From a virus (taxonomy: Duplodnaviria > Heunggongvirae > Uroviricota > Caudoviricetes), in IMG/VR virus record IMGVR_UViG_2778261165_000022, positions 1 through 10,351 of that record: a DNA stretch of 10,351 nt. The stretch is one strand, 5' to 3'. Every line of letters starts with the position of its first letter. The first letter of the stretch is position 1. This document shows positions 1 through 7,439 of this stretch, piece by piece. The notes under the pieces were generated by a model. It saw only the letters and a list, made by a program, of their open reading frames with translations. It had not been told where the DNA came from and did no database searches. A program made the translations under genes and the position numbers.

Positions 1-1254
1 ATGCTGGAACAAATGGGCATTGCCGCGAAGCAAGCCTCGTATAAATTAGCGCAACTCTCCAGCCGCGAAAAAAATCGCGTGCTGGAAAAAATCGCCGATG
101 AACTGGAAGCACAAAGCGAAATCATCCTCAACGCTAACGCCCAGGATGTTGCTGACGCGCGAGCCAATGGCCTTAGCGAAGCGATGCTTGACCGTCTGGC
201 ACTGACGCCCGCACGGCTGAAAGGCATTGCCGACGATGTACGTCAGGTGTGCAACCTCGCCGATCCGGTGGGGCAGGTAATCGATGGCGGCGTACTGGAC
301 AGCGGCCTGCGTCTTGAGCGTCGTCGCGTACCGCTGGGGGTTATTGGCGTGATTTATGAAGCGCGCCCGAACGTGACGGTTGATGTCGCTTCGCTGTGCC
401 TGAAAACCGGTAATGCGGTGATCCTGCGCGGTGGCAAAGAAACGTGTCGCACTAACGCTGCAACGGTGGCGGTGATTCAGGACGCCCTGAAATCCTGCGG
501 CTTACCGGCGGGTGCCGTGCAGGCGATTGATAATCCTGACCGTGCGCTGGTCAGTGAAATGCTGCGTATGGATAAATACATCGACATGCTGATCCCGCGT
601 GGTGGCGCTGGTTTGCATAAACTGTGCCGCGAACAGTCGACGATCCCGGTGATCACAGGTGGTATAGGCGTATGCCATATTTATGTTGATGAAAGTGTAG
701 AGATTGCTGAAGCATTAAAAGTGATCGTCAACGCGAAAACTCAGCGTCCGAGCACATGTAATACGGTAGAAACGTTGCTGGTGAATAAAAACATCGCCGA
801 TAGCTTCCTGCCCGCATTAAGCAAACAAATGGAGGAAAGCGGCGTGGCATTACACGCAGATGCAGCTGCGCTGGCGCAGTTGCAGACAGGCCCCGCGAAG
901 GTGGTGGCTGTTAAAGCGGAAGAGTATGACGATGAGTTTCTGTCATTAGATTTGAACGTCAAAATCGTCAGTGATCTTGACGATGCCATCGCCCATATTC
1001 GTGAACACGGCACACAACACTCCGATGCGATCCTGACCCGCGATATGCGCAACGCCCAGCGTTTTGTTAACGAAGTGGATTCGTCCGCTGTTTACGTTAA
1101 CGCCTCTACGCGTTTTACCGACGGCGGCCAGTTTGGACTGGGTGCGGAAGTGGCGGTAAGCACACAAAAACTCCACGCGCGTGGCCCAATGGGGCTGGAA
1201 GCACTGACCACTTACAAGTGGATCGGCATTGGTGATTACACCATTCGTGCGTAA
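1..1254 (+). CDS. proA: gamma-glutamyl phosphate reductase (glutamate-5-semialdehyde dehydrogenase)
   Basis: 417-aa ORF from the track with TAA stop at 1252..1254. Length and sequence match enterobacterial ProA as I recall it. Window begins at its ATG. Confidence 0.95.
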   Translation: MLEQMGIAAKQASYKLAQLSSREKNRVLEKIADELEAQSEIILNANAQDVADARANGLSEAMLDRLALTPARLKGIADDVRQVCNLADPVGQVIDGGVLDSGLRLERRRVPLGVIGVIYEARPNVTVDVASLCLKTGNAVILRGGKETCRTNAATVAVIQDALKSCGLPAGAVQAIDNPDRALVSEMLRMDKYIDMLIPRGGAGLHKLCREQSTIPVITGGIGVCHIYVDESVEIAEALKVIVNAKTQRPSTCNTVETLLVNKNIADSFLPALSKQMEESGVALHADAAALAQLQTGPAKVVAVKAEEYDDEFLSLDLNVKIVSDLDDAIAHIREHGTQHSDAILTRDMRNAQRFVNEVDSSAVYVNASTRFTDGGQFGLGAEVAVSTQKLHARGPMGLEALTTYKWIGIGDYTIRA

Positions 1255-1368
1255 ATAAAACCGGGTGATGCAAAAGTAGCCATTTGATTCACAAGGCCAT
1301 TGACGCATCGCCCGGTTAGTTTTAACCTTGTCCACCGTGATTCACGTTCGTGAACATGTCCTTTCAGG

Positions 1369-1444
1369 GCCGATATAGCTCAGTTGGTAGAGCAGCGCAT
1401 TCGTAATGCGAAGGTCGTAGGTTCGACTCCTATTATCGGCACCA
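1369..1444 (+). tRNA. thrW: tRNA-Thr (anticodon CGU), thrW-like
   Basis: 76 nt GCCGATATAGCTCAGTTGGTAGAGCAGCGCATTCGTAATGCGAAGGTCGTAGGTTCGACTCCTATTATCGGCACCA folds as a cloverleaf: acceptor stem GCCGATA/TATCGGC, D stem GCTC/GAGC, anticodon loop TTCGTAA (U33, CGT at 34-36, A37), T loop TTCGACT, discriminator A and encoded CCA. Sits directly downstream of proA, as thrW does in E. coli. Confidence 0.93.
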
Positions 1445-1460
1445 TTAAAATCAAGTAGTT
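1400..1460. other. probable prophage attL / integration junction at the tRNA 3' end
   Basis: The integrase stop codon (1459..1461) is 15 bp from the tRNA 3' end. tRNA-targeting integrases recombine within the 3' part of the tRNA and regenerate it. The second junction (attR) is outside the window, so core boundaries are not determinable. Confidence 0.4.
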
Positions 1461-2619
1461 ACCCCATATTTAAATACACCACGTTCTCCTCTTGTGCCGT
1501 ATTTGTGCCATTGCGACTTATAATCGCATCGATTTTGCTTGCGTGCTCGGTGAGATGCCCGGCTGAAAGGTGGGCGTATCTTTGAACCATTTCGAGAGTT
1601 TCCCATCCTCCCATCTCTTTAAGTGCAAGAAGAGAGACACCGGACTGAACCAGCCAGCTTGCCCAGGTATGCCTCAGATCATGGAAGCGGAAGTTACTAA
1701 TGCCTGCCCGCTTTAACGCTCCCTTCCATGCCTTGTTGCTGTCGGTTCTCATCTTCCTTACCGCTGCTGTTTTTGTTCCGTCGCTTCGGTAGGCAGGTTT
1801 GGTGTGGACAAATACCCATCTCTTATGGAGCCCCTGCTGTTTTCTTAATATCTGGCATGCGGTTTCGTTAAGAGGAACTCCGATCGCATTGCCAGCTTTT
1901 GTTTCATCAGGGTGTATCCATGCCATTTTCTTATCCAGATCGACCTGTGACCACTCAAGGTCTGTAACGTTGGAACGGCGAAGGCCTGTCGTGATTGCAA
2001 ACATGACCACAGGGAAGAAGTGAGGAGCAATTTCTGCAAACAGGCGCTTCGATTCCTCCTCTGTAAGCCATCTGATGCGTCCATTCTTAACGCGTGGTGT
2101 TGATATTTTGGGTGCCCTGTCAAGCCATCCCCATTCAACAGCCATATTGAGAATGGCGCGAAGTATTGCCAGATGCCTCGTCTTCGTTCCTTTGCTTGCA
2201 AGCTTTGGTTTATACTCCGGCACCGGATTGCCAAGTCGCAAACACCTGTCCCGGCTCATCTCCCAGTTCAGGCGATGGCGGCGGTTTTCCATCCCATCTA
2301 CCGCCTCCATTATTTTTTCTGTTGTTATGTCAGAGAGAATGGCTTCTCTGAAGTGCAACATCCAGAACGATATAATGCTCTTGTCATCATCAATGGACTT
2401 CTTATCCGATTTCTCACGCAGCCACCGTATGCAGGCTTCCTTGAATAGCTTTTTCGGTGATTCCCCGAGATTTTTTACTCTCCACGCTTCTGCTTTCAGA
2501 CGATCGTGAAGTTCTTGCGCTTGCCTTTTGTCCGATGTTTCAAGAGAGCGTCTAACTCTTGATCCATCTGGCGCGACGAAATCGCAGTGCCACGTGCCAC
2601 CGCGTAGTTTGATTGACAT
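1459..2619 (-). CDS. int: phage integrase, tyrosine recombinase (P22/lambda-like)
   Basis: 386-aa ORF with ATG at 2619 preceded by AGGAGG. C-terminal catalytic signature HDLRHTWASW ... VQRYAHL (His-x-x-Arg and catalytic Tyr). Placement next to a tRNA gene with xis overlapping upstream. Confidence 0.93.
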   Translation of the reverse strand: MSIKLRGGTWHCDFVAPDGSRVRRSLETSDKRQAQELHDRLKAEAWRVKNLGESPKKLFKEACIRWLREKSDKKSIDDDKSIISFWMLHFREAILSDITTEKIMEAVDGMENRRHRLNWEMSRDRCLRLGNPVPEYKPKLASKGTKTRHLAILRAILNMAVEWGWLDRAPKISTPRVKNGRIRWLTEEESKRLFAEIAPHFFPVVMFAITTGLRRSNVTDLEWSQVDLDKKMAWIHPDETKAGNAIGVPLNETACQILRKQQGLHKRWVFVHTKPAYRSDGTKTAAVRKMRTDSNKAWKGALKRAGISNFRFHDLRHTWASWLVQSGVSLLALKEMGGWETLEMVQRYAHLSAGHLTEHASKIDAIISRNGTNTAQEENVVYLNMG

Positions 2620-2843
2620 GCTTTAACCTCCTGCACATCAACCGCATTCACCGCGCTATTGTGTCTCACAGACTTAAGCGCCGCAATGCAGTCTGACTTG
2701 CAAATGCGATATGGGCTTTTAGGTTTATCTGGATTTATCTTTGCGGCCTGAAGTCGTCCACTTCGTATCCACTGCGTGATAGTGCCTTTGTCTACCTTCA
2801 GATACGACGCTGCCTCTTCACGAGTGAAGATTTCTTCTTCCAC
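2496..2843 (-). CDS. xis: excisionase-family DNA-binding protein
   Basis: 115-aa ORF whose N-terminus (EIFTREEAASYLKVDKGTITQWIRSGRL) looks like an excisionase/HTH_17 helix-turn-helix. Apparent GTG start at 2843 with GGAGA about 6 nt upstream. 3' end overlaps int by 124 nt, as is usual for xis-int pairs. Confidence 0.75.
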   Translation of the reverse strand: MEEEIFTREEAASYLKVDKGTITQWIRSGRLQAAKINPDKPKSPYRICKSDCIAALKSVRHNSAVNAVDVQEVKACQSNYAVARGTAISSRQMDQELDALLKHRTKGKRKNFTIV

Positions 2844-2933
2844 CTGGAATCTCCATTTATTGGATTGGTATTATTGCGGTAGGTCTGGATATCATTGAGC
2901 AATGAACAGGCCTCATCGAGTATGAGGCTGTGG

Positions 2934-3278
2934 TTAGTCCTTGCGTAGCTCGATGATTCTTCTGTAAGTCTCTGGTGCTTTGTTTCCGTGTATCTTCATT
3001 TCAGACTTCAACAGAGCAACGAGAGAATCCCATTCGTTGAGGATGCCTTTGAATGCCGGAACGCGCTTTGCAACCTTGTCGAATGAATCCCTGATTTCTG
3101 GAATCTGCTCGACAAGCGCAACGCATCGTCGGAAATCGGCTACATCATGTGGAGCGCCGAAGTGATGACCATAGATATTCTTTTTCAGTCCACATGCGAT
3201 TGAGGCAAGAGTTGCGCTACTGATGCCAACATCGCCAGTCGATTGCCATTTCAAAACCTTCATAGCCAAATCTGACAT
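2934..3278 (-). CDS. hypothetical phage protein (114 aa)
   Basis: Track ORF 2934..3305, but the first ATG lies inside a terminator hairpin. The ATG at 3278 (MSDLAMKVLKW...) is preceded by GGAGA at good spacing. No family recognised. Confidence 0.55.
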   Translation of the reverse strand: MSDLAMKVLKWQSTGDVGISSATLASIACGLKKNIYGHHFGAPHDVADFRRCVALVEQIPEIRDSFDKVAKRVPAFKGILNEWDSLVALLKSEMKIHGNKAPETYRRIIELRKD

Positions 3279-3290
3279 TTCTTGTCTCCA

Positions 3291-3312
3291 ATAAAAAACC
3301 GCCATCAGGCGG
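3291..3312 (-). terminator. intrinsic terminator (minus strand)
   Basis: Minus-strand reading GCCGCC-TGAT-GGCGG followed by TTTTTTAT. The hairpin contains the stop codon of the 55-aa ORF. Confidence 0.55.
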
Positions 3313-3472
3313 CTTGGTGTTCTTTCAGTTCTTCAATTCGAATATTGGTTACGTCTGCATGTGCTATCTGCGCCCATATCATCCAGTGGTCGTAGCAGTC
3401 GTTGATGTTCTCCGCTTCGATAACTCTGTTGAATGGCTCTCCATTCCATTCACCTGTGACTTTGAATTTCAT
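3305..3472 (-). CDS. hypothetical small protein (55 aa)
   Basis: Hand-translated ORF not in the track: MKFKVTGEWNGEPFNRVIEAENINDCYDHWMIWAQIAHADVTNIRIEELKEHQAA. ATG preceded by AGGTGA. Bracketed by intrinsic terminators on both sides. Coordinates approximate. Confidence 0.4.
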   Translation of the reverse strand: MKFKVTGEWNGEPFNRVIEAENINDCYDHWMIWAQIAHADVTNIRIEELKEHQAA

Positions 3473-3483
3473 TAAGTTTCACC

Positions 3484-3510
3484 TGTAAAAAAAGGAGCCG
3501 AAGCTCCTTT
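3484..3510 (-). terminator. intrinsic terminator (minus strand)
   Basis: Minus-strand AAAGGAGC-TTCG-GCTCCTTT followed by a T run, immediately after the TAA stop of the AntA-like gene (3515..3517). 8-bp stem with a UUCG tetraloop. Confidence 0.65.
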
Positions 3511-3514
3511 GATA

Positions 3515-4138
3515 TTAAAATTCGAATTGTCTCGCCCGAAGGCTTTTTAACATTGGTCTTGCCCGTTCGAAAATGGCGCTTGTCTGGTCAATTCGTGTTG
3601 CCTCCCTGAGCAATGCGTCTCTGTTTTTCGTCACCGTGTAGAAAGTCTCAAACGCGATGTCATACAGCTTGCTCGCGTATGATGAGTTCAGTTCCTTCAA
3701 TATCGGATACAGGCGTTTGCTGATGTCCTGTGCTTTCTCCATCTGTACCTGCATGTAGCAGAGGAGGATGATTTCCTCGTCTGTGAATTGCTGCGCTGGT
3801 TGCATGCTGCGAAGTTTCTTTTCACACTCGATGAAGTATCGGCGTATCTGGCGACCTTTTTCGTTACGCTCGACCATTGCCAGCTCTTTGGCTGTGTCGA
3901 GGGTGAGGTGATAGTCTTTGCTACGGCGATCGCCTCCTCGACCTTTGATTTCCCTATTTGGGGAAACCAAAATATAGTCCTGATTTTCAACGAATCCATA
4001 TTCAGCAATGCGTTCTGTAATCCACGATGCAAAGCGTTTACCTACCCCAAGAAAAGTATGTAAATCTCGAGCATTAACGAGAAGAGTGATTTCGTTGGCG
4101 ATAGTGCCGTTGAATACGGGGATGAGTTGACTGGTCAT
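3515..4138 (-). CDS. AntA/AntB-like antirepressor-domain protein
   Basis: 207-aa ORF, ATG at 4138 preceded by AAAGGA. The N-terminal segment ARDLHTFLGVGKRFASWITERIAEYGFVENQDY resembles the AntA/AntB antirepressor N-terminal domain as I recall it. The C-terminal half is unassigned. Confidence 0.6.
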   Translation of the reverse strand: MTSQLIPVFNGTIANEITLLVNARDLHTFLGVGKRFASWITERIAEYGFVENQDYILVSPNREIKGRGGDRRSKDYHLTLDTAKELAMVERNEKGRQIRRYFIECEKKLRSMQPAQQFTDEEIILLCYMQVQMEKAQDISKRLYPILKELNSSYASKLYDIAFETFYTVTKNRDALLREATRIDQTSAIFERARPMLKSLRARQFEF

Positions 4139-4462
4139 TTTTATGTCCTTTCGATTCGTTCAGATTACCCTGTGTTCAGCAGGGTGGTCAGGTACTTGAA
4201 CACCGTCGAAAGTTCGGCCCGCATCCTTAGCCTTGCGGCTGTTTTTCGGTATACGCGCTACCCGACCATATCTGAAAAATGGACATAAAAAATCCGCATG
4301 ACTGACGGGTGCGGTTTCCGCTTTCGAAGGTGTGTTCAGCACCATGAAGCGGAATATAGCCCCGTTAATGCGGATTTGTCAAATCATGTGGTCTTTATCT
4401 TGCTGTAAGCCGCGCCATTCGGTCTTTTCCCCCCAGATTTGGGGAAAACTATCTTGTCAAAA
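4139..4462. promoter_or_regulatory. structured intergenic region (candidate promoter/operator or small RNA locus)
   Basis: 324 bp without a convincing ORF. Two palindromes share a 7-nt centre with different arms: CCCTG-TGTTCAG-CAGGG (about 4168..4184) and GGTG-TGTTCAG-CACC (about 4327..4341). Two hairpins share the stem CCGCA/TGCGG, one followed by a T run on the plus strand (about 4219..4246), one followed by a T run on the minus strand (about 4287..4314). Inverted repeat TTTTCCCC-N8-GGGGAAAA at about 4425..4448. Confidence 0.4.
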
Positions 4463-5206
4463 TCATGCAGCCTTTCGTTCTCCTTCGATGAGTTCCTCGA
4501 TCTTGTGCACTCCCGCCTCGTTGTAGCGAAATGTCTCGACCTGCTTGTCACTGTGCGCCGATTTGTCGATGAACCACTTCCCGTACTTTTCTGTTTTGAG
4601 CATGTAGGTGTTGGCAATGCGCCCTACCTTGTTGGCTGAAATGCCAAGCATGGTGCCAACCTCCGACGCAGAGTAGTGATGTTCATCAATGACCGGAAGA
4701 GGGATTGCACTAAAGCCGACGACGGGATTAATCAGGCTGGCGGCAACGACCTGTTTAGCTTCCGGTGCGAGGTGAGGGAGGAAGTCGAAGAGGTCTTTCA
4801 TTGTGTCGACGGTCATTTTCAATGCGCGTGCCTTACGGAATTCTTCAAGGCCATCCGGTGATTTCTTCGTGGTCGTTTTTTGTTGCAACTGCTGTTGCAT
4901 TGATTCAAGTTTGTCGACCAGCGAACGACGGACGGCTTTCGACTCACGTGCGGCGACGCGCAGGGCTTGCTTGTAGGTCATCACTATAACCACCTGATCC
5001 GCTCCGCCTTTTTTCTTATCCATGGGGGTTACGAAAATTTCGTAACCCTCCCCCTCAAGCTCATCTTTGATGCGTGCAATGAAGTCGTTGTTGCGTACTT
5101 CTTTTTCGCCTCGCAGTCTCCGCGCCTCATTAACCATTTTCAACAGCATCTGGCTGTCAATTGTTGCAGCCGGAAACGAAGACTGATTTGCAATATTGTT
5201 AATCAT
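4463..5206 (-). CDS. hypothetical phage protein (247 aa), possible C-terminal HTH/KilA-C-like region
   Basis: Track ORF 4463..5263. The in-frame ATG at 5206 (MINNIANQ...) has AAGGA upstream; the ATG at 5263 has no Shine-Dalgarno. C-terminal SASEVGTMLGISANKVGRIAN looks helix-turn-helix-like. No confident family. Confidence 0.6.
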   Translation of the reverse strand: MINNIANQSSFPAATIDSQMLLKMVNEARRLRGEKEVRNNDFIARIKDELEGEGYEIFVTPMDKKKGGADQVVIVMTYKQALRVAARESKAVRRSLVDKLESMQQQLQQKTTTKKSPDGLEEFRKARALKMTVDTMKDLFDFLPHLAPEAKQVVAASLINPVVGFSAIPLPVIDEHHYSASEVGTMLGISANKVGRIANTYMLKTEKYGKWFIDKSAHSDKQVETFRYNEAGVHKIEELIEGERKAA

Positions 5207-5301
5207 GTATTCTGTCCTTTTCAGATAAAAGAAATCCCCGCGAGTGCGAGGATTGTTATTCATTGCCGATATTCACCTTTATCGCGAACACCTTTACCGG
5301 T

Positions 5302-5544
5302 TTATCTCCTTTGCATGGCGCGTAATTTTTTCAGATGGTTCTCCTGCTCTGTTTCAGCCAGAATTTGTCGGTATTCCTGGTGATCGATCCGTTCAAACAG
5401 TTCATTAAAATCGTTTATTTTTACCGACTGTGTTCGCCCATCCATTCTTCTGTACAACACAGTGTTGTTTATGCAGCGAAGAATTTTTATCGGGTAGCCG
5501 GCGCTATCGGTGTATATCTGACCACGTTGAATCAGAGCGAACAT
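5302..5544 (-). CDS. hypothetical small phage protein (80 aa)
   Basis: The track ORF begins with a TTG at 5598. The first ATG (MFALIQRGQIYTDSAG...) at 5544 has GGGGATAAAGGA upstream. No family recognised. Confidence 0.45.
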   Translation of the reverse strand: MFALIQRGQIYTDSAGYPIKILRCINNTVLYRRMDGRTQSVKINDFNELFERIDHQEYRQILAETEQENHLKKLRAMQRR

Positions 5545-5618
5545 TCCTTTATCCCCAGCGGAAAAGCGAATACAGAATAAATGCCACCGCGATTGCAACT
5601 CCTACAGCGGTGAATGCT

Positions 5619-6281
5619 TCAGGCCAATTCATCATTCACTCCCTGCGGCGGTTCTGGTAGCAGCATCCAGTACAAGGCGTTCCCTAACCACGATAAAGTG
5701 CCGTCGCTCAACTCCACGTATTCCCCTTGTACCTGTCCTGCCATATACTCGCCGTGCTTTGAATAAATTAAAACCCAATCGTCTTGAGCGGGAATTCGCT
5801 CACTACAGCTTATCCAACCATCCGGAATTACCGGAGAGTTGGTTGACGTTTCCGAGGTTTCCCGAAAATTATTGGTTGACGAATCCTTATTTTCCCGAAA
5901 GTTTCCAGCCTGAAGCATTGCGGCGCGGCAGGCGTTCCAGCCTCTCACCTCTGCAATAGCGGCAACAGCATCAACCGCGTACATGCTAAGAGGATTAGGC
6001 ATTGGTTTTTCTTCCGGTACTACTGGAACGGGTGGAGCGGCGTAGACTTCAATAATCCCATTATCAATAGGCCATTCTCCATCCTTGAGGTAGTCACTTG
6101 TGCCGTCAACTTTCTGTTCTGCAATGTGGAATGCACCTATTGGTTTTGCTTCCAGCGATACCAGTGCAATTCGTGCCAGTTCCTCCGCTTCTTCTGCTGG
6201 CAGTACAACGTTGCTACCCGGTCCGTATGTTTCGCGCCACTGCTTGATTGTCAGCAGTCGCTCTTTGGTTATAGTGGTCAT
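5619..6281 (-). CDS. DUF551-domain phage protein
   Basis: 220-aa ORF. C-terminal IPDGWISCSERIPAQDDWVLIYSKHGEYMAGQVQ...LSWLGNALYWMLLPEPP resembles the DUF551 domain common in lambdoid prophages. Its ATG overlaps the upstream gene's stop (ATGA), implying translational coupling. Confidence 0.7.
   Translation of the reverse strand: MTTITKERLLTIKQWRETYGPGSNVVLPAEEAEELARIALVSLEAKPIGAFHIAEQKVDGTSDYLKDGEWPIDNGIIEVYAAPPVPVVPEEKPMPNPLSMYAVDAVAAIAEVRGWNACRAAMLQAGNFRENKDSSTNNFRETSETSTNSPVIPDGWISCSERIPAQDDWVLIYSKHGEYMAGQVQGEYVELSDGTLSWLGNALYWMLLPEPPQGVNDELA
5839..5901. repeat. 33-bp imperfect tandem direct repeat inside the DUF551 CDS
   Basis: TTGGTTGACGTTTCCGAGGTTTCCCGAAAA and TTGGTTGACGAATCCTTATTTTCCCGAAAG, about 23/30 identical and 33 bp apart. 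Encodes the 11-aa repeat NFRENKDSSTN / NFRETSETSTN in the linker before the DUF551 domain. Confidence 0.6.
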
Positions 6282-6487
6282 TTGTTAATCCTCAAAACTT
6301 TATGCCCGGGCGCAAAAGCACGCGTTTTGTCTTTGCTTATTCGCCAGCCATCCTTGCGCGCCTCTTTTGCACAGCCAGCCCATGACGTACCGATATATTC
6401 ACCGAAGTCTGGCGTTTGATATTTACCATTTGTACACTGGCGACAATCACAGTAGAGATGCATGGTGTAACTTGCGGCAATAGCCAT
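6278..6487 (-). CDS. small Cys-rich protein (69 aa), possible zinc-binding
   Basis: Track ORF 6278..6649 begins with a TTG. The in-frame ATG at 6487 (MAIAASYTMHLYCDCRQCTNGKYQ...) has AAGGAG 7 nt upstream and lies 1 nt after the Ea22-like stop. Cys at positions 13, 15, 18 and 39. Confidence 0.5.
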   Translation of the reverse strand: MAIAASYTMHLYCDCRQCTNGKYQTPDFGEYIGTSWAGCAKEARKDGWRISKDKTRAFAPGHKVLRINK

Positions 6488-6488
6488 A

Positions 6489-7259
6489 TCACTCTCCTTT
6501 GATGCGAATACCAGCAGCGCGCTCGGCTTCACTTTGTTCCCAAAACCACTTGTGAAGCGCCATAAGCTTTTCGTCAATCGGTGCATATTTGCGATTAAAG
6601 TAGGCCTGAGCATCTTTCTCAGATTCGTCCGGTAATTCGCCAGGGCCAAACAGTGTGTTATAAATCCATGCTAGTCCGCTCTTAGCGTCGCCAGTTGCCT
6701 GCCATTCGATAATGGCAGCCTGCATGACCAGAATGTTTTTCCCGATTAATAGGTCCAGTTCTTTGTACCGGTTGCGGATGTATGCATTCTCGCTTTGTAA
6801 TTTTGCGTTGCGCTTTTCTGAGGCTTCAAGTAACGCCTGCTTATCGCGTAGCGCTTCTTCCAGTTCAGCAACATGGCATTCACTATCAATAAGGTTGTTC
6901 TCTGCTGCTTCAAGCTCAACACGCAGCTTCCCAACCGTAAGCGCAATCTCCTCGTTCTCCTGGTCGCGGCGTTTGATGTATTGCTGGTTTCTTTCCCGTT
7001 CATCCAGCAGGGCCAGCGCAACATTTGGATTAAAAGCAGCAATAAATTCAGCGTTTGCATAAGCCTGAACATCTGTTTCAACTAGGCAGTTAACATGACA
7101 TTCCGCAATCACACCACCGGGTTCTCCTTTCCATTTTTGGCAAACAAAAACTCCTGTTAAATTGCCGTGCTGGTTAACAGATGTATGCCCTACGATGTAG
7201 CTTCCTTTAGTTGCTTTCTCTGCCTTTTCACGCAGTGCCTGATAATCAATCTTGCTCAC
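6489..7259 (-). CDS. Ead/Ea22-like family protein (coiled-coil)
   Basis: 256-aa ORF, GTG start with AGGAGG 6 nt upstream. N-terminal [14 protein letters not shown] and a long Glu/Leu/Arg-rich central helix resemble the Ead/Ea22-like proteins of lambdoid prophages as I recall them. Confidence 0.65.
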   Translation of the reverse strand: MSKIDYQALREKAEKATKGSYIVGHTSVNQHGNLTGVFVCQKWKGEPGGVIAECHVNCLVETDVQAYANAEFIAAFNPNVALALLDERERNQQYIKRRDQENEEIALTVGKLRVELEAAENNLIDSECHVAELEEALRDKQALLEASEKRNAKLQSENAYIRNRYKELDLLIGKNILVMQAAIIEWQATGDAKSGLAWIYNTLFGPGELPDESEKDAQAYFNRKYAPIDEKLMALHKWFWEQSEAERAAGIRIKGE

Positions 7260-7423
7260 TGGTTGCCTCCTTTGCGCAACATCGCATTCAGATATTTGTT
7301 GTCATTAACAGAACCGAAACTATTTCCCTTAAGCAATTCCTCTCTCGATGGCATTGGCTTTACGCGTTGGCGAATAATCATTTCTGCTGGAAGAATGCCG
7401 GGATTGTATGCAAGTCCTCTCAT
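7256..7423 (-). CDS. hypothetical small protein (55 aa)
   Basis: Hand-translated: [58 protein letters not shown] preceded by AGAGGA. Its stop overlaps the Ea22-like GTG start (GTGA). Coordinates approximate. Confidence 0.4.
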   Translation of the reverse strand: MRGLAYNPGILPAEMIIRQRVKPMPSREELLKGNSFGSVNDNKYLNAMLRKGGNQ

Positions 7424-7439
7424 GGTAAATTCCTCTTTG

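Noticed and set aside
741-1335. Minus-strand ORFs (103 and 129 aa) inside and just past proA
   Set aside because: They are antisense to a well-supported conserved gene, have low-complexity translations and no ribosome-binding sites.
1799-2509. Several plus- and minus-strand ORFs (61-144 aa) overlapping the integrase gene
   Set aside because: They lie in alternative frames or antisense to int, with Cys/Ser/Pro/Arg-rich translations typical of spurious frames.
2980-3165. Plus-strand 61-aa ORF antisense to the 114-aa phage gene
   Set aside because: No start context and a non-protein-like composition. All prophage genes here are on the minus strand.
3697-4063. Alternative-frame and antisense ORFs (111 and 91 aa) within the AntA-like gene
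   Set aside because: Fully nested in a better-supported ORF that has a ribosome-binding site and a recognisable domain.
4160-4526. Minus-strand 61-aa ORF (4160..4345) and plus-strand 64-aa ORF (4332..4526) in the structured intergenic region
   Set aside because: Neither has a Shine-Dalgarno sequence. Both run through terminator-like hairpins and have low-complexity translations. The region is better explained as regulatory or non-coding.
4384-5660. Overlapping antisense and alternative-frame ORFs (61-138 aa) across the 247-aa and 80-aa genes
   Set aside because: They are shadows of the supported minus-strand genes, with no independent start signals.
5759-6419. Plus-strand ORFs (62-97 aa) overlapping the DUF551 and Cys-rich genes
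   Set aside because: Antisense to supported genes. One is generated by the tandem repeat itself.
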